Of a stretch of 64,000 nt of DNA, positions 11,795 through 25,845 are shown in pieces. The position numbers were made by a program, and so were the translations under genes. The notes beneath the pieces were generated by a model that was given only the letters and a program-made list of their open reading frames with translations, ran no database searches and had not been told where the DNA came from. Each line of letters starts with the position of its first letter. The first letter of the stretch is position 1. Origin of the DNA: Octopus sinensis (taxonomy: Eukaryota); assembly GCF_006345805.1 (NCBI RefSeq), contig NC_042998.1, positions 26,784,001-26,848,000 of the forward strand. Reading direction: 5' to 3'.

Positions 11795-12716
11795 TGTATC
11801 TATATACATACAGTTGAAACATTCCTGTCACAACTTGGGACCTTGAAAACTGCTTTAATGCAAGAAAGTACACTAGTCCCTTAATATTTGATATTCAATA
11901 TTTAATCTATTCAATAAGACAATCAATACTTCATTTCATTATACTATATATACTTTTTATACTATATATTCTATATTCTACATTAATATTATAAAGAATA
12001 TTTAAAAAAACATAAAAAACAGACAGAGCTGGAGTTTCTTTGAATAATATTATATATATATATATATATGTAGTTTACACTGTGGAAACACAACCCTCAT
12101 CAGCAGCCGACTTGGTGATCACAATGATTTCACACCTGACTGTATCAAAAATCCCCACCACTGCAAACTGGCATTGTTTCTTTCATGAAAATATTTGGAT
12201 TATTTTCAATCACACTGTGACATACTTTTTTCTTTACTCTATCTTTATCCATGCAGCCACCATGCAAACAAAGGCTACAGTCACAATTACATGCAGACTA
12301 CCTCTAGGTAGACACACATGCTCATGAATATATATTTATAATGTCATACATATGCATGATAAATAGAGATGATTAATACTGGATATGCAACCATACAAAG
12401 GAAGTTTTTACACATGCACACAATAAATTTTTTTCTATACGCTTTTATTTAAATTACATGAGCCAATAAAATGTATCTTTCATACTTGCAATCTTACCAC
12501 AAAGACCTTCACCCTTGCAACGATAATACAATAAAATTCACCTTGTATTGATAACACTATTTAGTAGTTGCCTATATATATAAAATAATATTGATGTATT
12601 CTACTGTTGAGAAAATTACTATATTCACTTCACAGTGATCAAGAAACATTTGTTACCGAACTATATAAAGAATACCAATCAATCTTATGAATATTCTGAA
12701 AAGTATGATCAACAAT

Positions 12717-12747
<31 letters not shown>

Positions 12748-13529
12748 AAGGTCATGTCTTTAATAAAACCTACTTAAACAATAAGCTATAACCAAATATT
12801 GCAATGACGCATATACTTGTATACATTTACAGCTGTTTGCACACATACATAAAACATATCAAAACTTTTATATAGATATATACACACACACATACACACA
12901 CACAGACATTTATACAAGATATTTTTTAAAGAAGAAAACACATTTAAATTTTAGTAAGAGTTACTAAAAATATACAAATGATACTGAAGTATGTTAATGT
13001 TCATCCAGTTACAGAATTATGTTTTAAATGTCAATGGTGCACAGAAATATTCTACCAAACAGTTCAAAAAGTATTTTTATTTTCAAAGCTACTGTATCAA
13101 ATATAATCTTTAAATAGGAGAAAAAAATATGAAGCGTATTAGATTTAAATATATTAACTTCTTTCCTGCACATTTTGAACGTTTTCCCATAGTATCCACG
13201 TAACAGCCAAATTCCCTAGAATTGATTTGTATTACCTTGGTTTGTAAAGAAATTGGCCAAATTCTATGATTATATTCATTTTTCAATGAAGTGAAAGAAT
13301 TTCTCATCTCAGAAATTGAAAAACAAATAAATAACAAGAGATGGACAAAAATTTACATTGTCATTTCCAAGTTACCAAAAAAATAGCTTTACAGAGTTTT
13401 TCCAAAGAAAGTTAAGTAAATTTCAACTGTTTAACAATGTTAATATTAAATACTAAAACAAGACAGGGAGATTGCATAATTAGTAGCACACCCGTTGAAA
13501 TGCTTAGCGACATTTCATCTACTCTCTCT

Positions 13530-13753
13530 TTTCTCTTTTACTCTTTTACTTGTTTCAGTCACTTGACTGTGGCCATGCTGGAGCACCACCTTTAGCCGAG
13601 CAAATCGACCCCAGGACTTATTCTTTGTAAGCCTAGTACTTATTCTATTGGTCTCTTTTGCTGAATCGCTAAGTTACGAAGACATAAACACACCAGCATC
13701 GGTTGTCAAGTGATGTTGGGGGGACAAACACAGACACACAAACCTATATACAT

Positions 13754-13808
<55 letters not shown>

Positions 13809-14135
13809 CATATATATACGACAGGCTTCTTTCAGTTTCCGTCTACCAAATTCACTCACAAGGCTTTGATTGGCCAGAGGCAATAGTAGAAGACACTTGC
13901 CCAAGGTGCCACGCAGTTGGACTGAACCCAGAACCATGTGGTTGGTAAGCAAGCTACTTACCACACAGCCACTCTTACCTTTACATTCTGAGTTCAAATT
14001 CCACTGGGGTTGACTTTGCCATTTATCCCTTTGGGGTCAACAAAATAAGTGCCAGTTTTGCACCGGAGTTGATGTAGTCAATTTACAACCTCTCCCAAAA
14101 TTGCTGGCCTTGTGCCAAAATTTGAAACCATTGTT
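13530..14135. mobile_element. SINE A (minus, about 13530-13977) followed by SINE B fragment (plus)
   Basis: family-diagnostic head, core and tail motifs. Confidence 0.85.
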
Positions 14136-14636
14136 AATAATATGAAAATGGTATTTAATAAGGTTAATATTAAACATTTAAAAAAAACACTGCAGAGTGG
14201 GAAAGAGGAATGTACTTAAGCTTACTGCAAAGAAATACTAAATGACAAAAGACTTAGCCTATACTGACAGCAGGAATCAAATGGAAAAACATTTGTCAAA
14301 CAGACTCGAAACACAGAGTCAATTAAACAGAACAAGCCATTTCACTTGCTAAAAAGATGTCATTCTAGAATAGACTAGAAAATATTCAAGGAAGGGCCAC
14401 TTATGTACAATAAATATTTCTTAAAGTTATAAAACTCATCAAACAAAGTTAACTCGGGCATTTTGAAAATGCTAACAAATAACGTACATTTCGTAGATTA
14501 GAATAATTAAGTCACTTTACTGTGTATAGAATATTATAAACATTGTCTTCATGGCAAGAAATAATTCATTACCATAAAAGTTTGATTAATTTAATTTTAT
14601 CAATTATAGACTAGAAACAAACCTCTAGTCTGGTTA

Positions 14637-15851
14637 TCATCATCATCATCATCATCATCATCATTTAGCGTCCGTTTTCCATGCTAGCATGGGTTGGACG
14701 GTTCTACTGGGGTCTGTGAAGCCAGAAGGCTTCATCAGGCCCAGTCAAATCTGGCAGTGTTTCTACGGCTGGATGCCCTTCCTAACGCCAACCACTCCGT
14801 GAGTGTAGTGGGTGCTTTTTACGTGCCACCCGCACTGGTGCCAGACAGAGCTGGCAAACGGCCACGAACGGATGGTGCTTTTTATGTGCCACCGGCACGA
14901 GGGCCAGGCGAGGCTGGCAACGGACACGAAACGGGGCGGTGCTGGCAACGGTCACGAAACGGAAAGTTCTCTTACATGCCACCGGCACTGGTAACACATC
15001 TGCAATTTCCATTGATTGATTTCCATTGATCGATTTCGATTCTGATCCTCACTTGCCTCAATGGGTCTTCACAAGCAGAGTTTCGACATGCCACCGGCAC
15101 TGGTAGCACATCCGCAATTTCCATTGATCGATTTCGATTCTGATCCTCACTTGCCTCAACACGTCTTCACAAGTAGAGCTTTGTGTCCCAAGAAGGGAAG
15201 GTATGCATACGTAGGCTGGCTCCATCCCATGTAGAAGGCCACGGGTTGTGGACTCACTTGTCCTGCCGGGTCTTCTCGCGCACAGCACACTTCCAGAGGT
15301 CTCGGTCTCTAGTCATTTCCTCAGTGAGACCTAAAGTTCGAAGGTCGTGCTTCACCACCTCGTCCCAGGTTTTCCTGGGTCTGCCTCTTCCACAGGTTCC
15401 CTCAACCGCTAGGGTGTGGCACTTTTTCACACAACTATCTTCATCCATTCTCGCCACATGACCATACCAGCGCAAACGTCTCTCTTGCACACCACAACTG
15501 ATGCTTCTTAGGTCCAGCTTTTCTCTCAAGGTACTTACACTCTGCCGAGTGTGAGTACCGGCATTACACATCCATCGGAGCATACTGGCTTCATTTCTAG
15601 CGAGCTTACGCATATCCTCAGCAGTCACGGCCCATGTTTCACTGCCATGTAGCATGGCTGTTCGTACACACGCATCATACAGTCTGCCTTTCACTCTGTG
15701 CGAGAGGCCTTTTGTCACCAGCAGAGGTAAGAGCTCTCTGAACTTTGCCCAAGCTATTCTTACTCTAGCAGTTACACTTTCAGCACACCCGCCCCCGCTG
15801 CTGACTTGGTCACCTAGGTAACGGAAACTATCAACTATTTCTAGTTTTTCT

Positions 15852-15855
<4 letters not shown>
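14637..15855 (-). mobile_element. 5'-truncated RTE LINE; ORF C-terminus open over about 15254-15854
   Basis: GEKLEIVDSFRYLGDQVSSGGG...MLHGSETW...RRLRWYGHV...GRGRPRKTW, then 3' UTR and (CAT)n tail; 5' end abuts (TA)n. Confidence 0.93.
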
Positions 15856-15891
<36 letters not shown>

Positions 15892-16264
15892 TGTTGTGTC
15901 TGGGGAGAGTCATTTTCTTTTTGTGCATTTTAATTTAACATGCTCACAGGTAAAATTTCCACTTATTTTTTATTTTTATTTTCCTAAAATTTTCGTTGCC
16001 TCTTGTAACCTTTTCAATAGTCTTTTCAATTTTACCGATGAGTGTGTTAAATTATAAGGCACAAAAAGAAAATGACTCTCCCCAGACACAACAGAATATG
16101 CTCCAACACACGAACTCATATAAAGAATCTTGTAAACTAAATCTAAAAACGAAATATATATATATATATATATATATTTATGTGTGTGTGTGTATATATG
16201 TATGTAGGTATGTGTATATATATGTATATATATATGTATGTAGGTATGTGTGTATATATATATA

Positions 16265-16308
<44 letters not shown>

Positions 16309-18034
16309 GTAAATAAAAATGAAGAACAAACACAAAAAAAAACCCAACAATGTGAGGACATGGTACATGCAAAGTATTAGCAGATGCTCAGGGAAGTAAA
16401 GAAAGAAAGGTAGTTTTTACATTTAGAGCAAAGTCTTCATCAGAAACAGGAGACAGCAGAAAGTCCAAGAGAAAAGGATACATACATATATATATATATA
16501 TCAATAATTGTAAAGTTAGTGTAAGAATTATGTAGATTATATTGAATAGACTAGATAATGTATTTCTGGACTTATGAGCCCAGCACTGGCCATAAACTTT
16601 GAATCAAAGTCCAAGACAAAGTGTTATATGCTTTCTTGGTATATTGAGATAATCACTTTTCTGGCAGGAGCTGGCTGTTATTCAAAACAAAGGTATGAGT
16701 CATAGTCTAAGCCAGAATGATTGTGGCACTTCCTATCAATAGCAAAAGTAGATAATGGGTGTGTATCTGAAGAACCAGTAATATGGCCAAAAATGTGACT
16801 TCTTCTGTTACACCATGACCTCCTACCAGTAAGGTAGAGGGTGAGGTTAGTGGAGATTGTCCTGATCATTCAGGCTTCTGATTTAATGGTACCTTTGTGC
16901 TAAAGAATTCACAGCTACACTCCCATAATGCAATGTAAATGAACGTCACCATATTCTAAGTACTGAAAAAAATTTTTAAAGGGGCAATGTTTAGTTCTGG
17001 TTTTTAAGGTGTTAAACAAATAACAGATAAGATGTTAATCTATTGAATGCAATGTTCCCAAGTGATCCGCTCACAACAAATTGCCTGCAGCAGAACTGTG
17101 AGCAAAAAGATCAATACTACAGCTACTCAATCAGTTTGTTTCACCATGTAATGTAATGGTGTTGGGATACACTTGAAATGGTAAACTTAATCTAGTATCA
17201 GGGAACATACACTAAGAAATAAAAAAACACCACCTCACTATCATAGCAATTTTTATCAAACATCGCAACAGGCTGGCACATCGTTAACACTTTCAGGACT
17301 ATAATTCTAATGGAATACCATCTTGTGCTCTTGTATTTGTTTCACACAGTGGACTGTAGACATGCTGGAACACTACAGTGAAAGACCTTAGTGACACATC
17401 AAACCCAGTACTTATATATTATATATTTCGATTTGTTGAATCTCTAAGTTACACTATGTAAAAAAAAAAGACATTTTTCAAGTGGTGTTAAAATAAAAAG
17501 AGATATAGAGACAGACAGGGAGACACATACACATTCCAACACACACATCCACACACATCTGTGCACGCAAATACACAAACACACACACCATAAATATATG
17601 TATACATGTATGTATGCATGAGAGGTGTTGCTTTTTAGCTCAAGTGAGTCTTGATCAAACTGGCCTATGGTCAAAGATATTCCAGTTATGACTATCTTAT
17701 GTCTTTCCTAAGTGTAGGGAGTTCTCCTCCCAGGAACAAGATACAGTCTTGAAAAAGATGGTCTAAAAAAGAGTTAAGTAACTTAGGATTGGAAGATAGC
17801 TACCATATCAGAAAAGGACTAAAGAATATGTTAGAAAAACTGGAAAAAAAAATAATAATAATAAATAAATTAAACCAGACCCGTGAACATTAAGCCTCAC
17901 AGATAACATGATACAGGATCAGGAAGCATGAAGATATGCCTCTTCAAATTTTACAAGCCATGCCAGCATGAAGAGAGAAAAAACAAAAACCAAAAATAGA
18001 TTATGATCCTACAAACACACACGAGTATGTTCAT

Positions 18035-18088
<54 letters not shown>

Positions 18089-20934
18089 CAAACCTGCATT
18101 AAATCATGCTTATTCTCTTTTATTTTCAATTGTATGCAAGTTTCTAATCTAAATCCTTGAATTGTATAAAAAATACCAGCAAAAATCTATCCAGTAAAAT
18201 ACAATATGTATCTTGTGAATATAGTGATGCTTTGCCTAGTGTTCTTTGTATTATGATAATTTTTGAGAGAACCACACTCTTTTACTTGAAGATGTATGTA
18301 TGAGGATTAAAAATAAGAAGAGTTAAAAAAAAAAAAATGAAGTTTTTGGTTTTCTATTCCTAACTAATGTGATAATAGCAATAAAGAGATAATGCAATCA
18401 GTTTTATTAGAAATGAGGAATAAGTAGATTTTAAGCTTAAAATGATTGAAAAATAGGTTTTCAAAGAACGTACTGGAAAAAAAATATTCAGCATTCTTTT
18501 TCTAGAGAAATAAAAATCCTCGTGATTAAAACTGTGTGTTTGTGTGAGGGTTTGTGTATACGTGTATGCATGTGCATACGTGTGAGAATGTGTGTGCATG
18601 TGTGTGATTGCATATGTGATAAATAATTTTAATATTTAATTTGTGCAAGTAGCTTTTTTTTAATGACTGAATTAATTTGCCTTAATGGAGTAAATTTAAA
18701 CAAATTCCTATAGAATTTCAGTACGAGAACTTTATGAATATATTTCTAGAATATATCTCCTTTAATGGACAAAAACATCTCCATTAATGCCAAAAGATAT
18801 TTTTCAATTGAAAATAGAAATATCAGCTATCTTAGCAAAATATTTGAGGAAAAAGAATGGCTAATCCATTAACTTATGTCACGAAAGAAATCAAGGATAG
18901 AAGTCAGAAAAAGCTATAAATAAAAATATTTTTTCAGATGCTTTGAAGAAACTTAAATTTAAAATAAAAAGAAAAAACAAAATGAAATAATTTAATAAAT
19001 GTATTTTATAGATAAATTCATATTCTAAAATTACAGAATTTATTTGTATGACAAGAAGTAACAATGAGAAACGTCATTGAAAAATATGAGAATAATTTGT
19101 ATTATTTCTTTCATATTTTATATTTACCACAGTTGCATAAATACTAACTGGTTGATTGTAAGAGTAATGGGTATGAAGTGTTAGGCTGTCTTGAAAGTTG
19201 AAACAATTCAAATAGAATTTTTATAAATTCTTATTGTTTTCAACTAATATATTTTATCAATAGATTACTTATATTTCATCATACGACTTGTTATTTTAAC
19301 AAAATATATTAGTTTCAAAAAGATATTCAACTCCAGTTAAAAACTGATGTATATTTCTACAGTTAAATATTACAAATCCAGACATATATTTCATTTAAAT
19401 CATTCTGATTTTCTTAACAATTTTGCTTACTGTTATTGAAAAAAAAAAAAAACAGATCTTTTTATCAGTGCCACAAGTGATCTACACAATTAGGTTATTA
19501 CAAAAGCTATGTCAAGGCCTTCTCTCATGCGACCTGGTATAAATAGCTAGCTGTTTATTTAATTGCTAATTGATTCATCCCACTTGATAACCATTAAAAA
19601 TAACAAATGAATGAATTTAGTTGCTTCTTAAAATAAAATCTTAATTATATTCTTCACTCAGAAAAATCATTCTATGAAACTCTTTCGGAGCAATCCCACA
19701 TTCGCATACAAATTTTTTTCTTTTTTTTTTGTGTGTGTTTTTTTTCCTTTCGAAATACCTTTATCAACATTCTATAAATTCAACATTTGGAAATAAATTA
19801 ATGCTCTCGGCTTTGTATGTATTTAATATGAATAGAAATAACATAACAAACTGGGTGTAACCTGTTCTACATAAATATCATTACTACTACCTTACACAGG
19901 ATAAAGCAGTTAACAGAAAATGAAATGATAATCTATAAATGACACAACCATTTTAAATTTCCGGAGCTTAATTTCTTTTCCTTTTCTTCACTATTCTTTT
20001 TTTTTTTTGTTTTTCTTTCTTTCATTTTCTTCTTTTTTTTTAGACTCATAATTATTTACCATTTAGTAAGAAAGCTTGTATAACATGTTATCTCTGAAAT
20101 GTTACTTTAAATGTCACATAAATTGAGGACACAGTAATAGAAGAAGAAGAATAGGATTAACACTCTGATAAAGATAAATAGTTAATTTAGTTAAAGGAAA
20201 ATAAAAAACTACATATTTTGTACTACTATATTCTGACACAAAGAATATTAACTACTTAAGAAAACTAGTTCATTCAGTGTCATTAATAACAATTTTAATT
20301 ACCATGCTTTCATTTATAAACATAATTACATAGCAACTGAAAATATATTCTTGACAAAGGCAAAAAATTTCATCTTGGGATATTTAATTATGAATTTGTT
20401 TTAATTTTTTTGTTTTTTTAATTTTTTACGGAATTTTGACAAACAAAAGAACTCCTTAATCATTATATTATATGAATCATTAAATGTGGCATTTTCTTTT
20501 AAAAGTCGAAATTCAATTCACTTAGTTGTTCTGGATTTCTTACTCATTGTTTTTTTTCTTCTTCTTCATCTCACCAAAGTTTAGATTTACCTTTTGAAAA
20601 CTAAAACCATGAACCAGAAGAAATATATTTTTTATTGACTGAAATATAAAAACAATATTTACAAAACTATTAAATTTATATATCAATTCGTGGGAATACA
20701 CTTGCATAAATTATGGAATGGGACCAATAAGGCTGTCCTTTGCTGTAAAAAATTGTAGCCGCCTTAAAGGTCATTTATCTAATAAGTAGATATGTGATTC
20801 TGATTGCAAAATTGGCTGAAACAAATAAATAGAAGAAATAAGAAAGATGCAGAAGAACCTGTTTTACTTCTAACTTTATGACATGAAAAATATAATCATA
20901 GAAAGAAGGGTTTCTGGGCAGTGGACTGGCAGAA

Positions 20935-21128
20935 TCATTAGCAAGGTAGACTGAGGAAAACATGGAGAGGACAGGTGAAGGAGATTGGGAGGGTTTGTTT
21001 GAGAAAGGAGAACGCCCAAAACTGGGAAATATGGTGAGATGGTGTGAGGGCAGTTGCTATGGCATTGAGGTTGATCTGGCCACCCCTGTTAATGGGGACA
21101 AAACCAGGATTTAAAATGATGGATGACA
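20935..21128 (+). mobile_element. second RTE-like family, 3' end
   Basis: homologous to 6588-6800 in opposite orientation. Confidence 0.65.
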
Positions 21129-21138
21129 ATGATTAGAG

Positions 21139-21911
21139 CAGTATTTCTCAGACTTTTTACCCTTGTGTAGCCCTTAAAATAAATTACATGTCTCAAGAAA
21201 CCCCTGCTCAAAAAAATATATACCATATCTTTCTCATATTTTTTCATCATAATTCACTTGGTAAACAAACAAACAAACATACATACATACATACATACAT
21301 CCATACATGTTACAAATGAAAAAGTGAATCACAGTGACCTTTTTGTGTGCACAGTTTGTGACAGACCATGCCTTTCTTTTGCTGGGCTCAAATCTCATTT
21401 GCGAACCCATGGAAAATGAACTGCCACCAACCATTCTACCTATTTGTTTGTGCACACCTTTCAATGCAATGTATGCCAGAAGGTTTGCAAATCCAAGAGC
21501 GGTCTCAAAAGACATTTTATGATCCACAAAGATCAGATTTTATCTGCAGCTCTTGGTGGTCCAAATCGGATATGCAATCTATGAGGGTGTCTTTTCAAGA
21601 TATTGTCTGATTTAAAAAGCCACATCAGATGCCATGATGGTTCTAAGGTGTAGGTACAGGAGGTGGTCAAACTCTTCATAAGGAGTAAAAAACAACCATC
21701 ATATATATAGAGAGGGAGAGTATCCATAAATTACAGACATCACTAAATATATCCCCAATGGTTGTTATATTTTTTTGATAACATAATAGGTTAGATAGGA
21801 TGATGTCTATATTACAATAACCAATAATATGTTGTGCATGTGTAGTAATATCATGATCATGAAATTAGCATATCTCACTCTTTCTCACGGAACCCCGGTT
21901 GAGAAACGCTG
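21139..21911. mobile_element. hAT-type MITE with nested insertion
   Basis: TIRs cagtatttctca / tgagaaacgctg; 8-bp TSD gattagag (21131-21138) / cattagag (21912-21919). Confidence 0.75.
21309..21653 (+). pseudogene. three tandem C2H2 zinc fingers with two premature stops, probably a LINE ORF C-terminus
   Basis: one frame: CTVCDRPCLSFAGLKSHLRTH, CNVCQKVCKSKSGLKRHFMIH, CNL*GCLFKILSDLKSHIRCH; no TGEKP linkers; 5' end in (CATA)n. Confidence 0.85.
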
Positions 21912-22217
21912 CATTAGAGGGATAAAATAATGCCTAGAGTATTTCTTTTAAGGCATTATATTCTGAGTTCAAATTCTGCCAAGATCATCTTTCCTTTCAT
22001 CATTCTAGGCTTGATACAGTAAATACAAATATTGGAATCGATAGAACCAGCTACTATGCTCCCCCAAGTTTCAGGATTTGTGTCTATATTAGTAACAATT
22101 ATTAGATAAAGCATTTTCTTTCAGTGTGAATCAAAGTTAGTGGGCAGAGCTTTAACCATTTGGCTTTCAGATTTCTTTGTCAATGTAATGCTTATTTATT
22201 CACTGTTTTGCATTAAT

Positions 22218-22640
22218 CAGGTGTGACTGTGTGGTAAGACGCTTGCATCCCAACCACATAGTTTCGGGTTCAGTCCCACTGTGTAGCACATTGGGGAAGT
22301 GTCTTCTGCTATAGCCTCAGGCTGACCAAAACCTTGTGAGTGGATTTGGTTGATGGAAACTGAAAGAAGCCTGTCAATATATATATATATATATATATAT
22401 ATGTGAGTGTGCGTGTGTGTGTGTATGTATGTATATGTTTATGTGTCTGTGTTTGTCTCCCTGCCACCACCACTATCACTTAACAACTGATGTTGGTGTG
22501 TTTCCATTCCTGTAATTTAGCAGTTCAACGAGAAGAGACTGATATAATAAGTACTAGGACCGATTTGTTTGACTAAAGGTGGTGCTCCAGCATGGCCACA
22601 GTCAAATGACTGAAACAAGTAAAAGCATAAGAGAATAAAA
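22218..22640 (+). mobile_element. SINE family A
   Basis: head ggtgtgactgtgtggtaag; tail aaacaagtaaaag. Confidence 0.85.
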
Positions 22641-22676
22641 GTATTTTGAAGCTTCAAGATTTCAATGGTGTGCTTG

Positions 22677-22897
22677 TATGAGGAGGTGCTGAACAGTTCC
22701 TGGCTTTAAGGGTAGCATGAAAGGCCTGGTTGGAGGCCCAACTTTCTGTGCTCTTTTACAGGGCTTAGAAAAACTGAAGGGCCGCTGCAACAAGTATGTG
22801 AATCTGAGAAGGGAATATGTTGAATAAAATCATAATTAACTGATCCTCCTGCATTTTCTTTAATACAAAGCCAGGAGCTTTCCAGCATCTCCTCATA
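22677..22897 (+). mobile_element. mariner MITE retaining the transposase C-terminus
   Basis: TIRs tgaggaggtgctgaacagttcctggcttt / aaagccaggagctttccagcatctcctca with TA TSD; internal GLEKLKGRCNKYVNLRREYVE* resembles the mariner C-terminal ...KC..L.G.YVE. Confidence 0.82.
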
Positions 22898-23004
22898 TAA
22901 ACAAAATATTGAAATCTTGAAGCTACGAAATTATGTGTAATTAATATATTTTTAGAATGACATTTGGGCTGGATGTGGCCACATTAAATGGTGAGGAGTT
23001 AAAC

Positions 23005-23301
23005 CAGTAGTTCTCAACTAGGGCCCATACAAGGTTTTGTTGTTAAAATTTGTGTGCAATAAATTGCTTATACTACAATACACATAATTTTATAAAATAT
23101 TCTAATTCTTCAAACTGTTTCAGCTTTAAAGCTGTAGTCATGCTGGGGTACCACCATTTAAATTTCTTCATACAATTCTTGGTAATATTTAATTACAAAA
23201 ATACAATAGGATCTTTTAAGCATCAAATGGTTATGGGGTCCAGTAGAGTATAATGGGAGTCAAAGGGGTCCATGGGGTAAAAACATGATTGAGACCCACT
23301 G
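23005..23301. mobile_element. hAT-type MITE
   Basis: TIRs cagtagttctcaac / gattgagacccactg; 8-bp flanks agttaaac / gtttaaac. Confidence 0.65.
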
Positions 23302-23522
23302 GTTTAAACAAATGTAACTTGCAATGAAACGCAGTTGTTTTTAAAATCAGAAAAAAAAAACAAGCGACAAAAAATCTTTAAGTTACTGAAATATTTATCA
23401 GAATATTTTTGAGAATTTGAAAATAAACATAGCATAGCACAAGGGAAATAGAGATGAAAACAAAAATGAATGAATGAATGAATGCATTCACTCACTCACT
23501 CACTCACTCACTCACTCACTCA

Positions 23523-23596
<74 letters not shown>

Positions 23597-23681
23597 TACA
23601 TACATGCATGCATGCATACATACATACATACTACAGATCCAATCCATCACGAGAACTGTAAAAATTTGTAAAACTTTCCAG

Positions 23682-24105
23682 AAGTTTATCATTTAAATAT
23701 ATTTGAGCATGTCTAGATATGTAACTATATGCATAACAATACATACATAAAGCAAAACATACAAATCTGCACACACACACACATACATACATACAAAAAT
23801 ACCCTTTTGTTGATGTTGAAATTCCAATGAAGAAGCCTTGAATCTAGATTAGAAACCGGCTTTTTCTCTATTGGGAAGAAATCTTGAAATAAAACTGAAC
23901 AATGACATAAATACATAGATAAGTTTATCATTTAAGTATATATGAGCATGTCTAGACATGCAATTATATGCATGAGAATATATACATATAAAAGTACCCT
24001 GTTGATGATGTTGAAATTCCAATGAAGAAGCATTGGATCTAGGTTAGAAACTGGCTCTTTCTCTATTAACAAGAAATCTTGAAATAAAGCTGAATAATGA
24101 CAGAC
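23682..24105 (+). repeat. old tandem duplication (about 240 bp + 185 bp) containing a repeat fragment in (CATA)n
   Basis: aagtttatcatttaa...gagcatgtctaga...gttgaaattccaatgaagaagc...aaatcttgaaataaa occurs twice in tandem, diverged. Confidence 0.8.
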
Positions 24106-24174
24106 AGACAGACATACTTGCATGCATACATACATTCATACATACATAGCATTTAGAAAAACAACATATATGTT

Positions 24175-24565
24175 CTTTTGTTCTTTTACTTGTTGCAGTC
24201 ATTTGACTGCAGCCATGCTGGAGCACTGCCTTTAGTCAAGCAAATCGACCCCAGGACTTATTCTTTGTAAGCCTAGTACTTATTCTATCGGTTTCTTTTG
24301 CCGAACTGCTAAGTTACAGGGACGGAAACACACCAGCACCGGTTGTCAAGCGACATTGGGGGGACAAACACAGACACACAAACATATACATACATATACA
24401 TATATACGACGGGCTTCTTTCAGTTTCCGTCTACCAAATCCCAAGGCTTTGGTCGGCCCAAGGCTATAGTAGAAGACACTTCTCCAAGGTGTCACACAGT
24501 GGGATTGAACCCGGAACCATGTGGTTGGTAAGCAGGCTACTTACCACACAGCCACTCCTATGCCT
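24175..24565 (-). mobile_element. SINE family A
   Basis: reverse-complement head and tail motifs. Confidence 0.85.
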
Positions 24566-25207
24566 ATATGATAATTATAATACAATAAACTGTTAAGCTT
24601 ACAGTTAGAAATATTAATATTATTGTTAAAAACTGAGAAAAGAGAGAGAGATGGAGGATGAGGAGAGAAAGGAGACACAGATGCAGAATGAGAAAGGGCT
24701 AAAGAGAATAAGAGAAGAGGAGAACGAAAAAGAGAGACAGTTTGAGATTAAAATAAGGCCATAAGTCAATGAAGAGTGAATTTTCCAAGATTTGATTTCA
24801 TGCTAGATATTTGCAAACCGACAGCAGATGAAGCATTGTAAGAAATCTGATCTTGTAAAAGATATACTTATATTATTTTATATATATATTGCATATAAAT
24901 ATATATTATGCATGCATACATACATATATATATAAATAAATATATATATATTATATATATTATCGACACATAAATCTAACATTTCATATAATCATATCAA
25001 TATAAAATTACAGCTTATTTAACCAATGATCTCGTGTCAAATATTAGTTTGTCAATATAATTCTTTTTATTGCGATTTACTTTAGAAACTGAACATGGCT
25101 TTGGCCAAGTTACACCATTACTTGTAGCAGTAAAACTATAATTAACCGACCAGCACAATATTTCTCCAACAAACACCAATTAAAGTAATGATATATTATC
25201 TTTATCG

Positions 25208-25243
<36 letters not shown>

Positions 25244-25444
25244 ATGAAAATGGTAAAAAAACATAATATGAATTAAAAAAGGTTCCTTGCTTCCTCCAGA
25301 TAATTTGCTAAAGTTTTGAAATCTAAGTTTCATTTTCTAGTGAACGTAAACTATATGATTTCAAAATCGGGAGACATAAACTGTCCCCACATACATACAT
25401 ACATACATACATACATACATACGTACGTACGTATGTACGTACGT

Positions 25445-25803
25445 ACAAATATCTCTTTGAAAATCGAAGAAAAAGAGGACATCTATGGACAACTGCTTTG
25501 AAACCTCCAGCTTCTATATCCAGACTAGGAATTTACATTCATACCAATAATAATTGGAGCACTAGGTTTTGTTAGTAAAGGAGAATCTGGACAAACTGGG
25601 ATTTTCAGAAAGAGAAATCGATTGGCTGATTCGCACATTACAAGTGCAATCTGTAAGTGGAAAAGTAGAAATATGCAAGACTTTTCTCAAGTTCCAAATG
25701 TGAATTTGTCTGTGTTAACTCCAAAGATGGAGCTTTGTTTCTTTGTTGGAAACTGGTTCCCTCCTCAGTGGAAGATTTATACTAATTAAAAAATAGATGA
25801 GAC

Positions 25804-25805
<2 letters not shown>
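25445..25805 (+). mobile_element. 3' end of an RLE-type (R2/R4/NeSL/HERO-like) non-LTR retrotransposon, decayed
   Basis: KIEEKEDIY..L...FIPIIIGALGFV / ENLDKLGFSEREIDWLIRTLQVQSVSGKVEICKTFLKFQM*; 2 stops and 1 frameshift; resembles the EK..KY..L and PIIIGALG motifs downstream of the RLE catalytic site. Confidence 0.7.

Positions 25806-25845
<40 letters not shown>

Noticed and set aside
22761-22826. Strong acceptor followed by GLEKLKGRCNKYVNLRREYVE* looking like a terminal exon
   Set aside because: Lies inside a mariner MITE and matches a transposase C-terminus
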